Shown here in pieces: positions 55,550 through 64,000 of a stretch of DNA of 64,000 bases (position 1 is the stretch's first letter; each line of letters starts with the position of its first letter). Origin of the DNA: an uncultured Rivularia sp. Its GTDB lineage: Bacteria > Cyanobacteriota > Cyanobacteriia > Cyanobacteriales > Nostocaceae. The position numbers were made by a program, and so were the translations under genes. The stretch covers positions 7,360,001-7,424,000 of the forward strand of contig OY762007.1 in the NCBI GenBank assembly GCA_963665115.1, written 5' to 3'. A model generated the notes under the pieces. The model had not been told where the DNA came from and ran no database searches. It worked only from the letters and a program-made list of their open reading frames with translations.

Positions 55550-56011
55550 ATGGAAAGTGATGTCAGAAAAATCATAGAAGTTAGTAGGTATAGAGGATTA
55601 TGTTCTGATGAGGAAAAAGTTGTTCTGGAGTATCTAAAATCAATCAGTGAAGAGAAAGCGGTTGAAGTCCTAAAATATATGGTTGACCAAAAAAGTCTTA
55701 TTTCTACTGTATTTGCTAAAAAAGTTTTACGTTCTAAAATTCATGTAAAAAGTTTTTTTGAATATGGAGTTATCAATTCTGATGCTCAATCTATTAAAAA
55801 ATGGTTAGATTTTGCAACTCCTAAACTTGGGTTTAAATCAACAGTTTATTTAATTGAAACATTGAATAATCAAAGTAATAGGCTTATAGAAAAAGCGGTA
55901 TATTGGCTTCCTACGTTTATTTGTAATAATGATGATACAAATAAACAGAGAATACTTAGTAATTTATTAGAAAAATCAAACAGGAAAAAAGATCCCTTTA
56001 CCAGTTTGTAG
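55550..56011 (+). CDS. Hypothetical AT-rich protein
   Basis: 153 aa ORF; its stop codon is the TAG within a REP GTAG. Confidence 0.65.
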   Translation: MESDVRKIIEVSRYRGLCSDEEKVVLEYLKSISEEKAVEVLKYMVDQKSLISTVFAKKVLRSKIHVKSFFEYGVINSDAQSIKKWLDFATPKLGFKSTVYLIETLNNQSNRLIEKAVYWLPTFICNNDDTNKQRILSNLLEKSNRKKDPFTSL

Positions 56012-56276
56012 GTTGGATTAGGTTCACTGGAAATTGGTTGTAAACAAATAATCTATATTTGAACCGTAAGCCAATATTTGGATTTTGATTGATATATAAC
56101 TGTTTGCTTTCAACCATAAATTATGTCGGGTTACGGCGCGTGTCTAAATCGTAATTACTAATTAATTTCTTTGATGCGCCGTGAAGTCAACCTGCCTACT
56201 TTAGACATAGACTTAATTTAAAATAAATAAAACGCATCCGTTGTTAAATACATCTATTGTTAAAATATAAAATTGT

Positions 56277-56891
56277 ATGGCTCAAGCAATAAATAAACTA
56301 ACAACCTTTGAGGAATTCATTGAATGGTATCCTAATAACGGGATACGCTACGAATTGCACAAAGGGGTAATTGTTGAAATGCCACCACCTAATGGCGAAC
56401 ATGAAAATGTTATTGGCTTTTTAGCTGAAAAAATTACTATACAATATGTCCGTTTAGGATTACCTTACCGTATCCCCAAAACTGGACTTGTTAAAACTCC
56501 CGACAATGATTCAACCTATTCCCCAGATATTGTGTTGGTTAATCATGATAATCTCGTCAATGAACCTTTATGGAAGAAACAATCTACACTCATTCAACCT
56601 GAATCAATTCCTCTGGTAGTTGAGGTTGTAAGTACTAATTGGAGAGATGATTATCACGACAAATTTGGGGATTACGAAGAAATGGGTATCCCTGAATACT
56701 GGATTATAGATTACGCCGCTTTGGGTGGTAAACGGTTTATTGGCAACCCCAAACAACAAACTATCACGATTTGCGAATTGGTAGATGGTGAATATCAAAC
56801 TACTCAATTTCAAGGTAATCAGTCAATAGTGTCTCCCTTATTTCCCGATTTACATCTGACAGCACAACAAATTTTTGATTCTGCTCTGTAA
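56277..56891 (+). CDS. Uma2 family endonuclease
   Basis: RYELHKG, PD, LVVEVVS, GIPEYWIID. Confidence 0.93.
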   Translation: MAQAINKLTTFEEFIEWYPNNGIRYELHKGVIVEMPPPNGEHENVIGFLAEKITIQYVRLGLPYRIPKTGLVKTPDNDSTYSPDIVLVNHDNLVNEPLWKKQSTLIQPESIPLVVEVVSTNWRDDYHDKFGDYEEMGIPEYWIIDYAALGGKRFIGNPKQQTITICELVDGEYQTTQFQGNQSIVSPLFPDLHLTAQQIFDSAL

Positions 56892-57000
56892 GGTATTTGA
56901 ATTCTTAGTAGTAGGTTGGGTTAGACGAAGGGCAAATAATAGTTATTTACCCGAAATTAAGATTGCGTCGTAACCCAACAGCTAGATTGTGGATATTTGG

Positions 57001-57105
57001 CAATTATCAATTATCAATTATCAATTATCAATTATCAATTATCAATTATCAATTACCAATTACCAATTACCAATTACCAATTCTCAATTACCAATTACCA
57101 ATTAC
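57001..57105 (+). repeat. STRR array (CAATTAT/CAATTAC)
   Basis: About 15 tandem heptamers. Other short tandem arrays lie near 1059, 3336, 4960, 5047, 7510, 34140, 44160 and 53147. Confidence 0.95.
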
Positions 57106-60100
57106 CCAATTCTTAATTCCTCTTCATCCACAGTTACAAAATATTCGGGCTTTTGAATTTCTTCTATTTTTGTATCTTCAACTAATGCCAGAAATTCGGA
57201 GTTAGCAATGATAGCTGTGTCTGTGGTACGACTAAATAATCCACTACGACGACGGAATTCTTGGAAGGTTAATTGTCCATAATCGAGATTTATTAAACCA
57301 ATTTTATCGGTTCCGGGTTGAAAATCTTCGATTGTATCGGCTTCATCTTTACTAGCACCACCGTCACCAAGTTGTAAAATAAATGTGTCTTTTCCGGAGC
57401 CACCATCTAATTTATCTTTACCTTTTCCACCAAAAAGAATATCGTCGTCATCATTACCGATAAGAGTATCGTTACCAGATTCACCGAAGAAAGTATCGTT
57501 TCCGTCTCCGGTATAACGTCCATCTCCACCAAAACTTAAGAATTCAGCACCGTTGATTTCTTGATTTACAAAACTACCGATAACTATATCGTCTTTGTTG
57601 CCGGTTTTTGCTTTGCCTATTAATAAAGTTGCGAGGTTATCTTTATTAACGTCGATAATTCCGTGATAAGCTCCGTTGTCTTCTCGACGGATTCTTAGTT
57701 TGTCAAAATCTTCGATTGGTAATTCATTTATGGAATCATAAGCCCTAATTCCCAACAAATCTCCGATTAAACCTGGTTGATCGATTGTATTAGTAAAAGC
57801 TCTAACTACTCTACCGTGTTCGCTGCCAAAATCGGTAGCAAATTCAGATATTGTTCCGAAATCCATTTGAAAAGCTTCGTCGGCTGTTATTGCTAATTCT
57901 GGATTTCCAGCAATGCTTTTTTCTCCTACAAACGCTCTGGAAAATACTGAAACATCAGCGAATTTTTCGGGTGATTGAGTACCTTCTATCCTACCATCTA
58001 CGTCGTAGATATCTTCATCTGGATCGTTAAACAATGGATTTTCATCGCGATTTCTTGCGCTTGGTGGATCGAGAGCGGTAATTGTTCTGGCACCTTGAGT
58101 ATTACCCGATAAAAAGTTATTATTTTCTAACAAAAGTCCGTCTCGGTAAATTCTTCCCATTTCGGCATTTACCAAAGAACCCAAACTGTGGCCGATTAAG
58201 TTTAAACTTTGGGAAGCTTCTTGAATGTCAATTCCATAAAAATCATTTAAAGCTTTGACTGCAAATTCTGCAACTGGGCTAATCCAAGTCGCTGCGCGGA
58301 AATTTCCTCTACCTGGAACACCAAACTCAACTCCTAAACTTTCCGAGTTGTTGTAAGCCGCTTCTCTCCAGTCTAATAATAAAACGCGATCGCCGGGTTT
58401 TGTATTGGCGATTTCTTGTGCTACATCGGCAATTTTTCCTTCGGGAGCGTCATTCCAACCGTGAATTATCAGCCAGGTTTGTTCTGCCTCTGTGGGATTA
58501 TTAACTTCTAAAAAGCCAACTTTACGCAGGCTAGGATTGTTTTCTACTTGTTGGTTAAATAAAACCCCTTCTTCACTTCCCCCGGTAACAAATCCTGAAA
58601 TTGGTAAAGTACCTTCTAGGGGATTTGGTGGAAGAGTAGAAGGATCGCTTACACCTGTAATCGCATTAACTGTTGTACTTCCATAATCCCCAGCTTGCAA
58701 GCTCATGGTTTGATTACCACCAGTACCATCGGATGCAAGTTTGACGTTATAGGTTTGTTTGTTTCCTTCTAAAGAGGTTGGTGTAATTTCTTTGACGTAA
58801 CCAGCATTATCACCAACGGGAGTAATATTTATTTGGTTATTATTTGCATTCTGGGGAATTAGTGAATTGGATGCAAGATTAGATTGATTAGATACTTCAG
58901 GTACGGTAACGGTAAGATCGAAACTTATCTCTTCTTCTGGTTTCAAAAAGACGTTTACCGTATCTAAAGATAATGCAGAATCTTCGCTGCTACTTTGGGA
59001 GATAATATTACTTGTATCTTCATCACCGATATTAAGAATGGCGGTATTTTGATTTCCTAAAGTTGCACCACCTGTCAAGTTTTCCAAAGATAAATTAACA
59101 GTTTCGCTACCTTCTTTTAAATCGTCGCTGAAGATAGGAATGGTTACATTTTTCTCGATTTCTCCATCGTTGAAGTTAAGCACAATAGGAGTATTATCAA
59201 AATCCTCACCAGCGGTAGCACTACCGTTTGTTAAATTAACTGTTGCGCTAACATTTCCTAAATCACCACTAGTACGAATCACCTTAGCCGATAAAGTTGG
59301 GATTCCCGATTCAAAAGTATTAAATTCAGCTTTTTCAAACTCTAATTTACCGGGTTTTTCATTTGGATTAACGTTATTATTGCGAGCAAATTCAATTAAC
59401 TGCTTTCCTGCTTCTGTTTCATTCCAATTAATAGAACTTACTTCTTTAAAAGGAGTGGCTTTTCCTGCTGCACCTTTAATTTGAAAAATAATATCGTTGT
59501 AATCGGTATCGGAATCTTGATCTAAACGTAAATCCTCCATTCCGAATACACCCGTTCCCTCAACCAACTGCATCATTTGAATTGCGTTGTCGGGATTAGC
59601 TAAATTCAGGGAAAATAAAGGACGCTTATTATTATCAACTGCTGGATTATCCAATGCTTCTGCAACTTTACCTTGGGGAACTAACATCAAAGCAAAGTTA
59701 TCCCCAGGATTCATGCTAAAGGTTTTAGCTCCCTCGTAATCTCCTTCATTCCGATCCCTTTCCCCCAATTCTCCCGTAAATCTAGCACCTTCCGAATCAT
59801 CATTCACCACAATATAACCGTTCGTCGAATTACTTAAAACACGACGAGTGGCTTCTTGAATAAATTCATCGGAATCGGGATTTAAACTTTCCATTCCCGT
59901 AAGATTAAAAATCCCCAGTTCGCTTTGATAACCACCCGCATCAAATAAGAAATCAATAGTAAATTCACCCGTTGAATCTACAGTAAATATGCCATTTTCT
60001 AAACTTGAATTTGAATTTAAAGCAGTTTGTGGCAGAGGAGTGATTTGAGAAGATTCAGTTAAAATAGGGTCTTGAAAACTTCCTGAAAGATTATCATCAG

Positions 60101-60188
60101 TAGGTATAATATCTGGATTTAACGAGTTATCAACTGTTAAAAGGTCAATATTGTCAAAACTTGTTATGGGATTTTCTAATTTATCCAT
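57102..60188 (-). CDS. Large RTX-type protein: DUF4114-like, Calx-beta, lipase-like hydrolase and Ca-binding repeats
   Basis: FGMEDLR...DYNDIIF; ATAGEDF...EGSETVNLSL; IIHGWND, GHSLG, TALDP; GDGNDTFFG/GGKGKDKLDG/GGSGKDTF repeats. Confidence 0.85.
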   Translation of the reverse strand: MDKLENPITSFDNIDLLTVDNSLNPDIIPTDDNLSGSFQDPILTESSQITPLPQTALNSNSSLENGIFTVDSTGEFTIDFLFDAGGYQSELGIFNLTGMESLNPDSDEFIQEATRRVLSNSTNGYIVVNDDSEGARFTGELGERDRNEGDYEGAKTFSMNPGDNFALMLVPQGKVAEALDNPAVDNNKRPLFSLNLANPDNAIQMMQLVEGTGVFGMEDLRLDQDSDTDYNDIIFQIKGAAGKATPFKEVSSINWNETEAGKQLIEFARNNNVNPNEKPGKLEFEKAEFNTFESGIPTLSAKVIRTSGDLGNVSATVNLTNGSATAGEDFDNTPIVLNFNDGEIEKNVTIPIFSDDLKEGSETVNLSLENLTGGATLGNQNTAILNIGDEDTSNIISQSSSEDSALSLDTVNVFLKPEEEISFDLTVTVPEVSNQSNLASNSLIPQNANNNQINITPVGDNAGYVKEITPTSLEGNKQTYNVKLASDGTGGNQTMSLQAGDYGSTTVNAITGVSDPSTLPPNPLEGTLPISGFVTGGSEEGVLFNQQVENNPSLRKVGFLEVNNPTEAEQTWLIIHGWNDAPEGKIADVAQEIANTKPGDRVLLLDWREAAYNNSESLGVEFGVPGRGNFRAATWISPVAEFAVKALNDFYGIDIQEASQSLNLIGHSLGSLVNAEMGRIYRDGLLLENNNFLSGNTQGARTITALDPPSARNRDENPLFNDPDEDIYDVDGRIEGTQSPEKFADVSVFSRAFVGEKSIAGNPELAITADEAFQMDFGTISEFATDFGSEHGRVVRAFTNTIDQPGLIGDLLGIRAYDSINELPIEDFDKLRIRREDNGAYHGIIDVNKDNLATLLIGKAKTGNKDDIVIGSFVNQEINGAEFLSFGGDGRYTGDGNDTFFGESGNDTLIGNDDDDILFGGKGKDKLDGGSGKDTFILQLGDGGASKDEADTIEDFQPGTDKIGLINLDYGQLTFQEFRRRSGLFSRTTDTAIIANSEFLALVEDTKIEEIQKPEYFVTVDEEELRIG

Positions 60189-60656
60189 CGTATTAATTAA
60201 ATAATATTTACGTCATTCGATTTTTGATTTTTGATTTTTGATTCAGATAAAAATCTCAAATTAAAATATCCTATTAGACGTAGCATAATATTCAGAGTCG
60301 AATGTGAAAATGCTTCGTGTAGCTAGCAGAGTAATTAGGGTACGTAGAAATGTAGCCTTAAATTGAAATATTTATTTGACATTAATAAAGCAGCTTTGAC
60401 ATTAAGTATAACTGCTGATATTCGGTAAAAGTAGATTTTCCCCACTTTCAATATCAAAATAATGCTGCCTTGGTACTGTTAATGTTACTTATTTATTTTA
60501 ACTCTTATAGTGATTTATACGACATTTATAGAAGATTTACTGAATAATAACTGCGAGTCAGGTTAATTATGGTGCGTTATGATAATGCCTAACATACTCT
60601 AAAAACTGGATTTTGTAACTTTATAGACTCTTGGCATAAATTATTTTAATTGGATC

Positions 60657-61064
60657 TTAATTACGTTCAAAGCTCGGTAAAAATTCTTTTATATGACTTA
60701 CTTTCGGAATACGATAGTACCACCAATGCACTTCTGAATTATATTTTAATTTTGCTGTTTGACTGCCCCAAACACAATCTATAACCGGAAACGTAGCAGT
60801 AAAATACTCCTTGTCCGCAATTTTTAGACGAATTTTATATTTTTTTATCTGTTGTTCTGACGCTAATGACCAAACCTCATGAATGATATGACGACAACTC
60901 ATATCATTAAGGTATTCGTAAATTGTTTGGGTGTATCCATTTTGGATTTCAATAACTATTTTTTCCCATCTTGGAATTAAGTATTCCAGCCCTCCTTCAA
61001 TTACATGTTTAGCATACCTCTGTTGTTTACAGTATTCTTGAATTGCCGCTTCACCCTTCTGCAT
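60657..61064 (-). CDS. Hypothetical protein
   Basis: 135 aa with AAGGA RBS; YEYLNDMSCR and HWWYYRIP blocks; no family assigned. Confidence 0.7.
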   Translation of the reverse strand: MQKGEAAIQEYCKQQRYAKHVIEGGLEYLIPRWEKIVIEIQNGYTQTIYEYLNDMSCRHIIHEVWSLASEQQIKKYKIRLKIADKEYFTATFPVIDCVWGSQTAKLKYNSEVHWWYYRIPKVSHIKEFLPSFERN

Positions 61065-61175
61065 TTTTCCTTAACCAAACCTATAATTTCTAGAATACTC
61101 CGCGCTCCTTCGCGCCTGACTCTGCGTTAAAAAATATATTATGACCTAAAAAACAATCCAAAATCCAAAATCCAA

Positions 61176-61210
61176 TTGACATCCACCAAAATATTTAGTA
61201 CAAATGCACT
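61176..61210 (+). promoter_or_regulatory. Putative ligA promoter with an overlapping LexA-box-like palindrome
   Basis: TTGACA(61176)-17 nt-TACAAA; AGTACAAATGCACT at 61197-61210. Confidence 0.55.
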
Positions 61211-61263
61211 AAAGACTTATTATATTAAACTCAATATTCTCAAACTCTTAAAAGGAGGAGTAA

Positions 61264-63321
<2,058 letters not shown>

Positions 63322-63883
63322 ACAATTATCAATTAATAGGGAATTATGTTTTGTGTTTGAAGGACATACATCATTCCCGTTAGTATAGAGCGAGCAAGAT
63401 GCATCTCCTATCGGACACACTATCAACCAGAAACCCGGTTTTTTTAAAAAACCGGGTTTCTCAGATAAGTTAGCGGTTTTATTGTTACCAATCATCTAAT
63501 AATCTATTATTTTAGCTATTTATCCCTGTTTGAAGTCTTTTATGAACGACATCTTGAATCTAAACCCTCACGTAAGGTGAGGTGCAAGGGGTTTTGAAAA
63601 AATATTTTTGATACTAGTAATGCAAAAATGTAGAGACGTTGCACTGCAACGTCTCCAGAGATTTCTGTAATTATTACGAATCTATTAACAATAACATCCC
63701 ACTGTATAAGTCAGCTAAACAAACCCTATGAAACCTTATAGCGAGAGCATCTACCGAGTAGTTTCACCTAAACTTTAAAATTATTTTCAAAAATCTTTCC
63801 GAAACCAGGATTTATACGGTGAAGTTTAAATTACAAAACTTTTACAACTATCTAACCCGCATTTGGAGTGAAAAAATAAAACC

Positions 63884-64000
63884 ATGACTGCTTTCAATAA
63901 CCCACAAGAACAATATCAACAGCAATCACAAACAAAAGATATGAATAAGGATAAAAAAAGCTTATTTGGCAGCAAAACTTTTTGGGGAATTCTTTTCACA
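63884..64000 (+). CDS. Partial ORF at window end
   Basis: MTAFNNPQEQYQQQSQTKDMNKDKKSLFGSKTFWGILFT, open to the edge. Confidence 0.55.
   Translation, partial: MTAFNNPQEQYQQQSQTKDMNKDKKSLFGSKTFWGILFT

Overview
AT-rich chromosomal window from a filamentous cyanobacterium. Many HIP1 (GCGATCGC) sites, heptamer STRR arrays and GTAG-type REP-like palindromes point to Nostocales (inference). Core genes: group 2 sigma factor, cobO, rbp, ftsI with an FtsL-like partner, glgB, tRNA-Asp, gltX, ftsH, ligA, a HerA-like ATPase and three Ser/Thr kinases. Small accessory patches lie between them. I saw no transposase, integrase, reverse transcriptase, CRISPR array or rRNA. Five conserved genes each carry a +1 frameshift in a short homopolymer, most likely read or assembly error. 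Best leads: (1) a 1.5 kb cassette (31107-32635) with terminal inverted repeats and a TAA duplication, inserted in an STRR array and carrying an FGE-sulfatase/C-type-lectin gene whose 3' end resembles a DGR variable region; (2) an ADP-ribosylglycohydrolase fused to a putative ART-fold domain, among accessory genes separated by REP hairpins; (3) a Bacteroidota-like DnaQ exonuclease between STRR arrays; (4) a deletion scar joining the 3' halves of divergent tetR and CMD genes; (5) a REP pair with an internal 7x26 bp amplification. All family calls come from recognising motifs by eye, without database searches.
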